From: Rhynchopus sp. YZ270_cl-10
Taxonomy: Eukaryota
Direction of reading: 5' to 3'
Length of the DNA: 64,000 nucleotides
Assembly: GCA_964035575.1 (NCBI GenBank)
Contig: OZ037837.1
Span: 1,674,001-1,738,000 of the forward strand
Shown: in pieces, positions 46,496 through 58,335 of the stretch
Layout of the letters: the number at the start of each line of letters is the position of its first letter
Position numbering within the stretch: position 1 is the stretch's first letter
Notes under the pieces: generated by a model
Seen by the model: only the letters and a program-made list of their open reading frames with translations
Told to the model about the DNA's origin: nothing
Databases searched by the model: none
Program-made: the position numbers and the translations under genes

Positions 46496-48082
46496 ATGTT
46501 GAAGGGTTTTTCTATGCGATTTGTGCGCGACAGAAGGATGATTCGGTTCGGTCGACGCTGGAACACCACACATGTGGCGAGTGAAGTGCCTGCAGCACAT
46601 CTTTACACAGATGAGAACGGGATGACTGCGTTGCACTGGGAGGTACAGGAATATAGTCCTGATCTGGTCAAGTTTCAGGCACTCATAGATAGAGGGGCAG
46701 ACATCGAGGCAAAGGACGACAGGGGTCGTACGCCTCTGCTCGAGGCTAGTTCTGAAGGCAACCTCAGCATTGTGAAGATGTTGATCAAAGCAGGTGCAGA
46801 TGTGTGTGCCACAGATGAAAACAAAGACTCGTGTCTTACCATTGCGGCTGATGCCCATCAAAGAAATTATGGACACGACGAGACTGTGCACTATCTTGCG
46901 GGCTTGCCAGAGGTGGATGTGAATCACAAACCAAGGAACAAGCGCACTGCGTTGTACCGTGCACTGATGAAAGGAGACTCTCGAATGATAGATGCGCTCA
47001 TTGATGCAGGGGCAGACGTCGAGGCAAAGCCCATCTGGGGTCTTCCGCCTCTGCTCGATGCTAGTTCTGATGGCAACCTCAGTATTGTGGAGACGTTGGT
47101 CGAAGCAGGTGCGTCAGTACGTGCCAGAGACAACGAGAAACATACACCTCTTACCATTGCAGCACAGTATGGACACACCGATACTGTGCGCTATCTTGTG
47201 GGCTTGAAGGATGTGGACGTGAATCACACAGCTCATGAAAACGAGACTGCGTTGCACAGTGCGGCGACCGAAGGACACTCTGATATGGTGCAGGTGCTCA
47301 TTGATGCAGGGGCAGACATCGAGGCAAAGGACGACATGGGATGTTCTGCCCTGCTCAAGGCTGCGGCTAGTTGTAAAGACAAGCTCAGCATTGTGAAGAT
47401 GTTGGTCGAAGCAGGTGCGTCAGTGCGTGTCATCAACGACAACGAAGACTCGTGTCTTACCCTTGCAGCACAGCATGGACACACCGAGACTGTGCGCTAT
47501 CTTGTGGGCTTGCCTGAGGTGGACATCGAGGCAAGGAATGCTCATGCTCGTCCTCTGTTCCTGGCCAGCGAGAACGGGAATACCGCAATTGTGAAGACGT
47601 TGGTCAAAGCAGGTGCGAAAGTGTGTGTCACAGACAACGAAGGTCGCACGTGTCTTGACATTGCGGCTGGTAATGGACACACCAAGACTGTGCGCTATCT
47701 TGCGGGCTTGCAGGAAGTGGACGTGAAGAACGTACATCATCAACACTTCACTGCGTTGCACAGGGCGGTGAGCAAAGGACATGTCGATGTGGTGCAGGTT
47801 CTCATTGATGCAGGGGCAGACGTCGAGGCAAAGGACCGGATGGGACGTTCGCCTCTGCACTGGGCTTGTGAGGAAGGAAGGTTAGCAATTGTGAAGATGT
47901 TGGTCAAAGCAGGTGCGGAGGTGTGTGCCACAGACAACGAAGGTGACACGTGTTTTACCACAGCGGAAAAGAATGGACACACCAAGACTGTGTGCTATCT
48001 TATGCGAAGGGTCGTATTATTAACCTTAAAAACTCTTCTTTTTGTTTTTCTTCTTTTTTCCACCAACGTGTGTCCGAGATGA
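46496..48082 (+). CDS. Ankyrin-repeat protein (~13-14 repeats) with an Arg-rich N-terminal presequence-like segment
   Basis: Repeated G.TALH / LIDAGADIEAKD / GHTETVRYL motifs. N-terminus MLKGFSMRFVRDRRMIRFGRRW. The 3' end may be spliced further. Confidence 0.88.
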   Translation: MLKGFSMRFVRDRRMIRFGRRWNTTHVASEVPAAHLYTDENGMTALHWEVQEYSPDLVKFQALIDRGADIEAKDDRGRTPLLEASSEGNLSIVKMLIKAGADVCATDENKDSCLTIAADAHQRNYGHDETVHYLAGLPEVDVNHKPRNKRTALYRALMKGDSRMIDALIDAGADVEAKPIWGLPPLLDASSDGNLSIVETLVEAGASVRARDNEKHTPLTIAAQYGHTDTVRYLVGLKDVDVNHTAHENETALHSAATEGHSDMVQVLIDAGADIEAKDDMGCSALLKAAASCKDKLSIVKMLVEAGASVRVINDNEDSCLTLAAQHGHTETVRYLVGLPEVDIEARNAHARPLFLASENGNTAIVKTLVKAGAKVCVTDNEGRTCLDIAAGNGHTKTVRYLAGLQEVDVKNVHHQHFTALHRAVSKGHVDVVQVLIDAGADVEAKDRMGRSPLHWACEEGRLAIVKMLVKAGAEVCATDNEGDTCFTTAEKNGHTKTVCYLMRRVVLLTLKTLLFVFLLFSTNVCPR

Positions 48083-50028
48083 CTGCAATGGTTGACCTGA
48101 ATCATTGTTTCTTTACCAGTAGAGCTCATCCTTGGGTGCACTATATTCTTTGCAAACGAAGGGCAGTGTATGACATAACGTTGCAGAAGATGTGAAAGTG
48201 TGTGAATTGAAAGAATACGAATCCAATTTGAATTTCTTGGAAGTGACCCCACCACGTTTCCGCAATTGTGTGCGAAGGTGCAAAGACGTGTGTGAAGATA
48301 CCCAAAAGGGAAAGCGGTGTGAGGTGAACGGTATGGCCCAGGAATGGAGTCACATCATCTCCTCCTCGCCCACGAAGCGAACACTAAGAAAAGTAATGGA
48401 AATTGCGATGATGAAACGCACTGTCCGTGCGACGTAACAGGGAAAGTGTCATGTTACCCAAGTGACAAGCAAGAAGACGCCCCGGACATTTACTGGGGCG
48501 TTCCAGTCTGTAAAATGGTAACAATACTAACATGCTAAGTAACATGCTTTTGCATCAAATGCAGGTAAAAAAAATATGCAAAAAGCCATGTTATTCAGGA
48601 TGTTTCGTGGCCTCACCGTGCGGACAGTGATTCAACCCCCACCACACCCCATCCCATTCTCCTTTGTTTCGACATTGGGTTTGTGCCCAACGCCAACCAC
48701 ACTTTGTTTTCCCCACCCACACCCCACAAATAGCCCTGGCTACTTCTGATGAACGCAGTCACAGGGCTGAGTCCTGGTCAAGCAACAGACCACCGAAACC
48801 AGACATTACACCCTTTCCTGGTGGGAGACCCGAGCAAGGAACGGAACTATGTCCACGGGGACTTGCCACACCACATTGAAGTCCTGATGGACTCACTCTG
48901 GATGTAATACATGGCTAGAGCGCTTCCTTGTAGTCCTGATGGACTCAGTCTGGAAGCGGTATCGGGGAACGGGGTCTTTCGGAAGGTGAAGACTGATTTT
49001 ATAGGTCACAGGAATGATCACAGGCTGTTACAGCATTTTTGTTGATCTGTCCTGCACTGAACGTCTTTGTACTTTTGTCTGCTTTGATTTGAAACTCTGC
49101 GAATCTATTAGTTGTTGAGTTTCTCCTCTTTTCTTTACTTTAGAAGTACCCCAAAAGGTGACGCAACACAGAGAGGCTTAGGTTCATCTCATAAACCTTG
49201 TTCTTCGGTGCAACTGTCACGAGAGGGTTTTTGCATTTCTTGTTTCATTTGTTTACACAGCCAGCTGGATGCTGTGCGATTCCGATTGTGATCAAGGTGA
49301 CGAAGCACACGAGAGGCTTAGGTTCATCTTATAAACGTTTCTTGTTTTGTGCCCTCCACTTGAACCCGGTAATTGTATTTTTTTGAGACTTTTTTTTTGA
49401 GAAAATCGCCAGGATGCTATGGTGGTTTCGAAAAATCGCGCGGAGTTTTCCACAGCACACCCAGTTTTCTTTCTTAGCAATTAGTTGTTCTTGTTGTTGT
49501 TGTTTTCCACACGGTTTTCCACCAACGGTATTAAAGACCTTGTAGCCCCCCTCTATGGTTCCCATTTTCACGTCCACAAGAGACCCTGGCCGCGTGCGAA
49601 CAGCACACCACACCGTACCGCACACTTTTGAACGCCGCCACATTTGTATTAGGCAGGACCTATGGGAATTCATTTTGAACCTTTCTAATCCGCCACGCAG
49701 GTGGGTGTGGCTGAAAGATACGAAGTACCAACTGAAATACTTTCCAACCATTTTATTTTTGTCAAAAATGGCAAAATCGTCTCCTCTCTCCCCCTCTTCT
49801 GACACCATGCACCACCCCCAAAACCCCTCACTCCAGGAACGGGACACACCAACCTACACCTCCTTGCTGTCCTTTTTCCCTACGTTGCCTTTTTCTTATA
49901 GACGTAGCCACAGCGCACCCTTAACAGCGTCAGGGTTTGTGAAGGGAAATATCCCTTAGCCGCGTTTTTCTTTTCCCTGGACGCCCTCCCGGCGGCCTTT
50001 TTCCTTTGTATTCTTTTAAGACTCTACG

Positions 50029-53000
50029 ATGTCGCAGGGCTGGAGAGTGTTGGCGTTGTTTGTGTTGGCCTTTAGCCAGGCTGTGGGGGTGAGCCCAAGC
50101 ATTCTGGTGTACACAGTGCAAGAGGGTGTCCCTGTGGATGTGTCAGGCAAAGCGTACACACAGTTTTATCAGACGGAAGCGCCGTCGCCGCCGTCAACTC
50201 TAGCGGGCTGCGAGGCGGTGGCGTTTGGTTCGATAGGCGCACAGATTGCCTCTGCAGGCATCCAGGCAGTGGGCCTCTCAGACGGTGCCTGTGTGTTGTA
50301 CCTGGACCATAGTCCACAGGGCCCGGTTCAAGTCAACGGGTGGTCGCTTTCTACTGGGGACGGGACCGGGCCCGTAGAGGGGGTGGGTGCAGGTGTGGGT
50401 GAGGTTATCTATGGCGAGTCGTGCTTTAACAGCAGTGTGCCGCAGTGCGTGATGCCAGTGGCCGGGGCAGTCAGCTCGTTGTTGCCAGGCATCTTCGGGG
50501 CGATTCCGGAATGTGGTGTCTCGAGGGTGGACTCATTTATAATACACAACGCCATGCAGGACAAAACCTGTCTTTTGTTTGCAATGGAGTACGCCCGCCG
50601 CCTGCGCCACTCTGCAGTCGAAGTTGTCGCTTTCGCGAATGGGCGTTCTGCTACGTACGGCGGGGCATACCTCTGTCAGGTCTTCGTCGTCCCAGCGGAT
50701 CTCTCCGTTCGGGACCAGCTCGCCACCGACAGAGTGCCGAATCTCACCTTCCAGTTTGCCGAGCCGATTCTCGGCACAACCATCACCTCAGTAACAAAAA
50801 CAATACAGTCTGCGCAATCCAGTGGAAAGTTCAGGGACATACTAATGCCGCAGTCGCAGCCGGGTAGTGGCTACACCCTCACCGCATACAACGGGACTCA
50901 CTGCCTGTACCCGAAGAACGGTGTCCCGGACTGCACACTGCCCGCCGACAAGGACACTGAGGCCGTCTCGAGCAAGAGGACCGCGGACCAGGGAGAGTTC
51001 GTGCACACCCCAGGGCGGTGTGTGTCGGACGAATACGAGTATTATTCGTACCTTTCGTATCCATACATCAACACAACTGAGGAGTGCGTGGCGCAGGCCA
51101 TGGAGGTTGCGGCAGCCACCTATGGGGCAGAGGCTTCTTCTGTACAGCTTGTCATCGTGGACACTATGCGGGTGGTGGGTGTGGAGATGTACAGCCACGA
51201 CGACACAGCGGAGTGCCTGGTCCTGATTGCCAACGCGACGCTTGGCACATACGAAGGCGTTGCGGTCAGCAGGTTTTGGAAGGGCACCTCTGTGCCGCAT
51301 GCGTCGTATGGGACGGCCGCAAGCGCGTACACATGCGTGTTTGGGGTGATGTGTTTTGAGCCGTATCTCTGGCCAAGCATAACGGACCCTTTGCCGTGCA
51401 CGTTGCCTGAAAAGGCTTCGCAGCCAACACTCCTCAGCGTTGTTCCCGTGCAAGAACCTGTGCCCGAAGGCAGCACAGACGCCCCTCCGACAGACGTGCC
51501 CCCGACATCTGCGCCGCCCACCCCAGCACCGCCCACAGCAGTCCCCACCCATGCACCACCCACGCCCAGCCCGCCCACCAGAGCACCCTCCGCCGCACCC
51601 GACACCGCAGCACCACCCACGCCTGCGCCCGACACAGCAACACCACCCACAGAGACACCCCCGACAGCAGCACCACCCACACCTGCGCCGTTGACACTGC
51701 AGCCTGCGGTTGCTGTCACCGAGCTGGTTGACACTGCGTGCAGCTGCACGGACTCGGTACACGGTGCGTTTCAATGGTTCTGCGCACCTGTGAACAGCAC
51801 CAACGGGAGGGAGATGTGCTACGGGGTGAACGCACGCAATATATGCGAGTTTGGGTATATGAAGTGTGTGAACCCTAATGTGACGGAGCCGGCTCCCATG
51901 CCTGTGGAGAGCCCTGGGGAGCGATGTGGGTGCACGGGGTATGCGGCAACCCCTCCGGCACAGACGACGGACGAGGTGCTGTGCAAGTCGTATGGGGAGG
52001 GGATGTGCATGCTGCCGTTCGAGAATGGCACCTGCGAGGATGCATCGTCGTACAGCGTGTGCACCAACGAGCTCGTCGTGCGCGTCACGCTCTCCGCCGC
52101 AGAGAGCATCCTCCTCAACTCCATCGCCACCGCCCTCGCCTCTCTCTTCGGCTGCGACAACGACGCCATCCAGGTCCTCACAAGCTGTCCACGCGGTGCA
52201 TGCCCAAACGGACACTGCGCAGCAAGTCTCCGCGATAGAAAGGCTGACGGCTGCCTCTCTTTCACAAGCATCGGGCAGACGGACCTTGCCGCCAACCACA
52301 CCCCCACACCCCTACCTGGAGGCACAACACAGACGGCCCATTTGTATTATGTATGTTCCCTATTAAGCCTAGCCTTTCAGCACAAAGGGTGGTACGACAC
52401 CTAGAGGTGTCCACACGGTGCCAACTTCACTTTTTGTGTTTCTTCTCAACACACTCACGACAGCTCGACTTCGACGTGCTCATGGAGGAGCCAAGACGCA
52501 GTGCCGCCATTGCAAGGTTCTTCGACGTCATTCATGTATGCTCCCCTGCCCTCCCCACCCCATCCACCCCACCCACAGAACCCCTTTGACAACACGAAGT
52601 TCAACCTCTCCGACGCTGCTGTAGAAGATCGTGAGATGTTGCAGGCACAGTTTGTTGCAATGGTGTTGCCGCCTATTGTACGGTCCTTGCAGTTCCCGGG
52701 GCGGGTGTACAACCACAACGGCGATGACGCGTGGTGGTGGGATGGGAACATCTGGTGGGTCACTGTGGTGTGCAGCATCACACTCCTGGTGGGGGCGGGT
52801 GTCGTGGCGAAGCGGGTGCACTTCAGTGATATGGTCGACTCCTTAGCGTCTCGTGTCTCAAGCACGCGTCCCAAGCTGAAACGTGGTATGGAAGGCGCTA
52901 CCCGTTCACACACAGGCAAACGCGGCAAACGTCGCCGCCATGAATCCGAAATGAGTGTTGATGAAGAGGAGTTCAGCGTCGACGCAGTTCCCTACACCCA

Positions 53001-53121
53001 AATGGAAACGTTCACATTCACACCCGTCAAAAAGCAAATGGCCACCCTCATCCAACCCCGCCAGACAGGCGCAAGCTCTTCCGGCAGCAGTACAAGTAGC
53101 GAGCCTGAAGTGGCAATCTAA
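50029..53121 (+). CDS. Type I membrane/surface protein (~978 aa): signal peptide, Cys-rich ectodomain, Pro/Thr/Ala mucin-like stalk, TM, basic cytosolic tail. Exons 50029-52350, 52464-52535, 52579-53121
   Basis: Signal MSQGWRVLALFVLAFSQAVG; PPTPAP repeats; in-frame GTATG..CAG introns of 113 and 43 nt; TM IWWVTVVCSITLLVGAGVVA followed by KR. Confidence 0.85.
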
Positions 53122-53940
53122 AAAAAAGACAGGGATGGCCAGATTGTCAAAAAAATACTAAATTGTCTAAATGCATTTTTGTGGAGGCGGGAGAGAGTCG
53201 CTTGTGTCGTATGCTGGATGATTCAGTTCACCACGGTAACACTATGGGGTATTAAGTGGGGTTGGGAGGGGAGGTGTGGCGGTGTTCCCGCCATTTCTTT
53301 TGGCGTTTTTTTTTAAAGCCCTTTCGGCAGGGCCTTCAACGTGTCGAAGTTAAGCCTTAACTTCGACAACTTTTTTATTTTGGTTTTTTTTTTCGAGCTG
53401 TTCGGATCGTCGTTATTCGTAAAGCTCCCTGCTCTCTCTTCTTCTACGACTCACTGGTTTATTTTTTGCATTCATTTAAAGAGTGGCATCGAGTCTGTCG
53501 CGGTGCATAAATAGCTTACATTTCCTTCAAACGTGACTAAGCACGAGAGGCTTAGGTTCATTTGATAAACTTTTCTTTTTTTTTTAATATCGTTTGCACC
53601 TTGAAAACCTGGAAATACATCTTGAAGTCTGCAAAAGAGAATATATTTTTTTTGCAGTGCCTGCGTCCCGCCCCGGATTGCGTCCCACCTGTTTCAACCC
53701 TACTTTCTAATTTCCTCCAAACGGTGTAGTCTCCCCCCTTCCTTAGATGCCCTCCCCCTCCACCCTTACCTTCCTCAACGACATTTTTGTTTTTCATTGT
53801 TTTTCAGTTGGCACAGCGACGCATAAGTCCATTTGGCACTGTTGTTGAACCCCAAGTTCAAACTGAACTGCTATCCCAGCGTAGATGGCAGCAGACGTGT
53901 ACACCACGCCTGAAACCGGTAATTTTATTATTCATTTATA

Positions 53941-55263
53941 CATAGCGCTCCAATTAGAGTGTTAGGGTATAATTAGAGTCTGGGATTTTGGGTCAAGTCA
54001 GTTAGAGTCCAGTTAGAGTATAATTAGAGTCGCTTTTCTTCAATTAGACTATAATTAGAGCGCAGTTAGAGCATAATTAGACTCTAACTACACTCTAATT
54101 ATAGTCTAATTAGAGTAAAACAACAGGCTTCTTGTAGGTGCAAACGCCTTAAGGAACCGGTTCCCCTAAGGTTCCTCTGTAGGACCCAGGTGTCCAGGTG
54201 CCCACATAGCTGAGAATAAGACTTGGGGACCCGGGACCCGGTTATTCTCAGCCGGACTGGGACACAACTATGTGAAGGCGCTGTGGGTCCGCCTGAAAGC
54301 GGGTCGGGGACCCGGTCGCGGGAGGGTGGGGGCCTAGTCCAAGTCCTACTGTACCTAGTACCCGGGACTCGGGACCCGGCTTATTCTCAGCTATGGGTAC
54401 CCGGACCCGCAGTGGCACATGCCCTCAAGTGTGAGTGACCCACACATGAGGGAATGCGACACCGCAAAAACTCTTCGTGCACCTTCGGGTGCAATGCCGC
54501 AGACAGGCCAAACAGCGTTGGACTCAGAGGAATTCCTGCTGTGCAGGTAACAAACATGAGAACCAACTCCCAGTAACAAGGGGCGCCTTTTGGCGGGCGT
54601 TGTTGAGGGTGTTTGGGGTGCAAAGTTTTCCACAATTTTGATGCGCGGGTACAGAAGTGTTGTCTTGTTCTTTCATCTCTAGGAATGTAAATGTCAATCG
54701 AGTTTAACTACCACTAAGGGGTCGAAGGGGATAATCCCAGTATCAAAGGTTGTGTCGACGGGAAATCTATGAGTATACGTTCATTTCATCCGCAGAAATA
54801 ACTACTTATGAACCCAGGAGAGATCCAAGCCTCGCGCTAAACCACCACCCGCGATTGACTTAGATGTTATAACAAAGAGAATTCATAACAAACAACACCC
54901 TACCCCATGCACACTAAAGTGCCATGCTTCAAGTGATCATGCCCTGGGCCAAAATTCCTGTGCTAAAAAGGCAACAAGACCAGTGTGAATTGTGCACTGG
55001 TTTTCTGGGGGAACAAACAATATTTTCTTGTATCTAGTCCTCTGCAAGCAGAAAACAGACGTTCTGGATTACAAAATCGAATTTCTTGCACTGGCTATGC
55101 TCCCTGGGTTTATGGCTATAGCATTGGTTGATGTGCCCCTCTTATTGACCCTATTATAAGACTCTAATTAGAGTATTAGAGTTCAGTTAGAGTTTTAAAG
55201 ACTCTAATTATACTCTAACTGCCGACTCTAATTATCTAGTTGGAGTCTAATTAGAGCGCTATG
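53941..55263. mobile_element. TIR element with AATTAGAGT subterminal repeats, flanked by TA
   Basis: TA-CATAGCGCTCCAATTAGA ... TCTAATTAGAGCGCTATG-TA. Confidence 0.8.
54205..54395. mobile_element. Small MITE with GGGACCC repeats, nested in the 53941-55263 element
   Basis: TIR CATAGCTGAGAATAAG / CTTATTCTCAGCTATG; degenerate 8-bp flanks GGTGCCCA / GGTACCCG. Confidence 0.7.
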
Positions 55264-55944
55264 TATATTCATTGCTTTTCTTTTCAAGTTGATACAAGAT
55301 TTTAGATTTTAAGTTGGTTCAGCATCGCATGAGACCTGTTGGCGCAGTCGTTGAACCCTCAATTTTTCATTTTTTTCTGGTTGTTGGCCCTGTGTTACAT
55401 CAACGCTGGGTTCGCGAGCCTGAAGCCAGGGGTGGCTGCATTCCTTTTCGGACCGGGGTGCTCCATCCTATTTTTAAAAACGTTTATCAGCTGTTGACCT
55501 TTTCCCTGACCTGATTATTCTATTCAGTGCACTGCGTCCGCTGGTATACGGTGAGGTGTTTGCACTTTCAACTTCTCTTTTTTATTTGCACTTTTTAGCA
55601 GGAACGAACCAACAAAAAAGATGGTGGAGCTCATCCTCGAGGTGTCTGCACTAATACAAAACAAGTTTTCAAAAAAAAAAAGTACCAAAACGGATGGGAA
55701 CGATTCCTGTCAGGAGGGGAGGGGGTGTGAGAGAAATGATCTCTTCGCTCACGAAACATGAACGAAACATGATTTTGCTTTTTTTTGTGATCATGGCTCC
55801 GTACAAAAAAAAGAGTGACTTTAGGGACAGTGGAGATTGCACATGTGGCAACTGCACTATTCCAACAATTTTTCAAAAAAGAGAAAAAAATAAAAAAAAC
55901 GAAAAAACCACAGCAGAAGGGTTTCAGAGAAAAATAACTATTTA

Positions 55945-58000
55945 TTCACCTCCTTTTAGCGGGGTTTTATTTTGCGATAACTTCACGCATTTTTTTCCCA
56001 GGCGAGGGCTACTTAATTTGCCGAGCGAAGCGAGGCAAATTGAGTGCACGAGCCTGGGAAAAAAATAAGTGAAGTATCGCAAAATAATCCGCTAAAAGGA
56101 GGTGAACACGTAATTTTATTTCACGGGAAATAAAGTATACGAAAGGATTTGGCACTTTTAGCGGGACTCATTTATTGTGCAATAACTAACGAGAATGTGT
56201 CCCTCCAGGTAGCTCTCATTACCCTCCCGCTAGCTTTTGATCGCTGGGAACCTGCAAAAAACTGGTGAATTGGGCCCATACCCTGGTATGTGGGGTGGGA
56301 TACGCATTTTTGGGGTGGCAGAACCATGTGTGAGCCACAGGGTGGTGCACGTGTGACCCCATGCAGTACCACGCAACCCACGTTTTTACACACACAACAA
56401 CGGCATTTTGCGTGTAGCGCGTACAGTATGTAGCCTAAAAAGCCCACACCACGTGTACGCATAGCGCGTAGCGCAGCGTGTGGTCGGGTTTGGAAAGCTG
56501 CCTCAACGGTACACAAAGCTACATCCCGACCTCTCGCCACCTCAGTGTCCCCTCGGGTGCTAGCGGGAGGCTGTCGTGCAAGGGCGAGACACATTCAGAA
56601 GATCCCCGCCCATCACAGAATATCATGCCAGCCACCACCTTCCTCACAATGAAGTAAAGGGGGTGGTGTGTCCTTCGTCTTGATAGTGAGATCGTCACGG
56701 AGATACACTATGTACGAAACGAAGTCGGCTTCCGTGGGCTTACCGTCAGGCTTGCCAATGAATTCCTTAAAAGCGGTCCCATTCACGGACGTACGGTGTC
56801 GACAATGCTAGTCCTTCAGCAAAACCACTGTATGCTTGTCCATCTCCTGTCGGAGGACCGTTTGCGTCTTACATCCTTCGGCATGTTGCATGTGTCAGAA
56901 AAAAAATGGGAAAAGGGCAAAAAAAATTCGAAATTTTCAATTTTTAGGCGGGTGGTGGTGCAGGATGTACCAAAATTTAGCGTGAAGTTATCGCCAAATA
57001 AAACCCCTGATTTAGCGCAGGCATTATGCTAACTCGGCCGGGTTCCTAAATGGGGGGAACGATGGAAAAAAAAAAAAAAATCAGAGGGCAAAAGGGGTCC
57101 CGAGCTTTCCCCCCGCAAAAGCGGTCGCTGCGCGCGCTTCGCGCGCGCGACTCCCTGTCAGTACAAGAAGATGAGGCTCTTTCTCCCCTCTGATGCACAA
57201 AATCGTGAAAGGCAGGTGGGGAGGGTGAACCACAAGCCGTAGTGGGTGTCAGCCTCTTATCAATAACCTCAGTATATCTATAAAAGAAGCGGCGGTCATG
57301 GCATCCAGTTCCTGGCGAAGCCACGGTACGCAACATTTCTAAAAAAATGTTGCCATAAACCGGCACTGTCGTTGGTAATTATCAACAGTTACCGTAATTT
57401 TTACTTCCATATTTTGATAAAACGAAAATTTCTGGCGAAGCCACGGTACGCAACATTTCAAGAAAATGCGCTTAAAATTGCACACTTTTACAGCCAAACT
57501 ATGTCATGGGAAGGGTGGGCTGCAAGCTGCGCCGCAGGCGCACGGTACGCTACTTTTATTCTTTCGCCACGCTGCATGCTTCCTTTTCCTTCGGCGTTTG
57601 ACCAATTCAGTCGCGTTCTGGTCTCCCACGGTGAGCCCTTGAGCCCAGGGTCTCTGCATCTGTGACACACCCCACAGTACAGTCCATGGAACGATGGAAT
57701 GATGCCACCTTTTTCCTAGGGGGAACGATGGAACGATGAAAAAAAAAAAAAAAAAAACGCCAAAAACAGGGAACGATGGAACGATGGTTAGCAAAATGCC
57801 TGGATTTAGCGTGAAAAAAACAAAAATAAAATCCCGCTCTGAAGGAATTGCAGTGAAAAAAAGTGAAAAACGCGTGAAATAAAGTTCAATGAGCGGGGTT
57901 TTAATTTGCGATAAAAAAACTGCGTGAAATTATCATTAAAAAGAATCCCGCTAAAAGTGCCAAATCCTTCGTATACTTTATTTCCCAGTGGAATAAAATG
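55945..58000 (-). mobile_element. Putative Crypton-like (tyrosine recombinase) DNA element relic with complex inverted ends
   Basis: 160-bp fold-back at 55945-56106 with a central CCGAGCGAAGCGAGG; inverted repeat 56113-56168 vs ~57945-58000; frameshifted minus-strand peptide PYVREWDRF/KEFIGKPDGKPTEADFVSYIVYLRDDL (~56670-56800), resembling a YR core-binding domain. Confidence 0.5.
57018..57802. mobile_element. TIR MITE, family D, carrying the shared core; nested in the Crypton-like element
   Basis: TIR CAGGCATTATGCTAAC / GTTAGCAAAATGCCTG, 9-bp duplication GATTTAGCG. Confidence 0.82.
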
Positions 58001-58335
58001 AAAAGTCAACAGTAATCCAGCTCATATTCAGGATTTAAAACAAAACGTAGGTGTGACATTGCGTTGACAAGAAAACGGGGCGCGGAATGGATTGTTGTTA
58101 GCCAACATGCTCCTCTTCGTTTTCGGGACTTTTGGGGTTTGAAAGAGAAAAAAAGCCCTTTGTGCTGTGATTTTGTGCTCCACCTCTCAACCGTACTTGA
58201 AGGTTTCAACCCTGGTATAGAAATACCCCTTCACCCACACACAGTTGGTTCCATATTCTGCGCAAGAATTTCCCCGTATGATGCAAAACGGGGGCGGGGG
58301 TTTCACAACTTTCACAACTTTTCACATAATTAGTT

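Noticed and set aside
48740..48960. Possible hammerhead ribozyme or snoRNA (CTGATGA...GAAAC; duplicated AGTCCTGATGGACTCA)
   Set aside because: The stem II closing pair and stems I/III cannot be formed convincingly; only a short direct repeat is supported.
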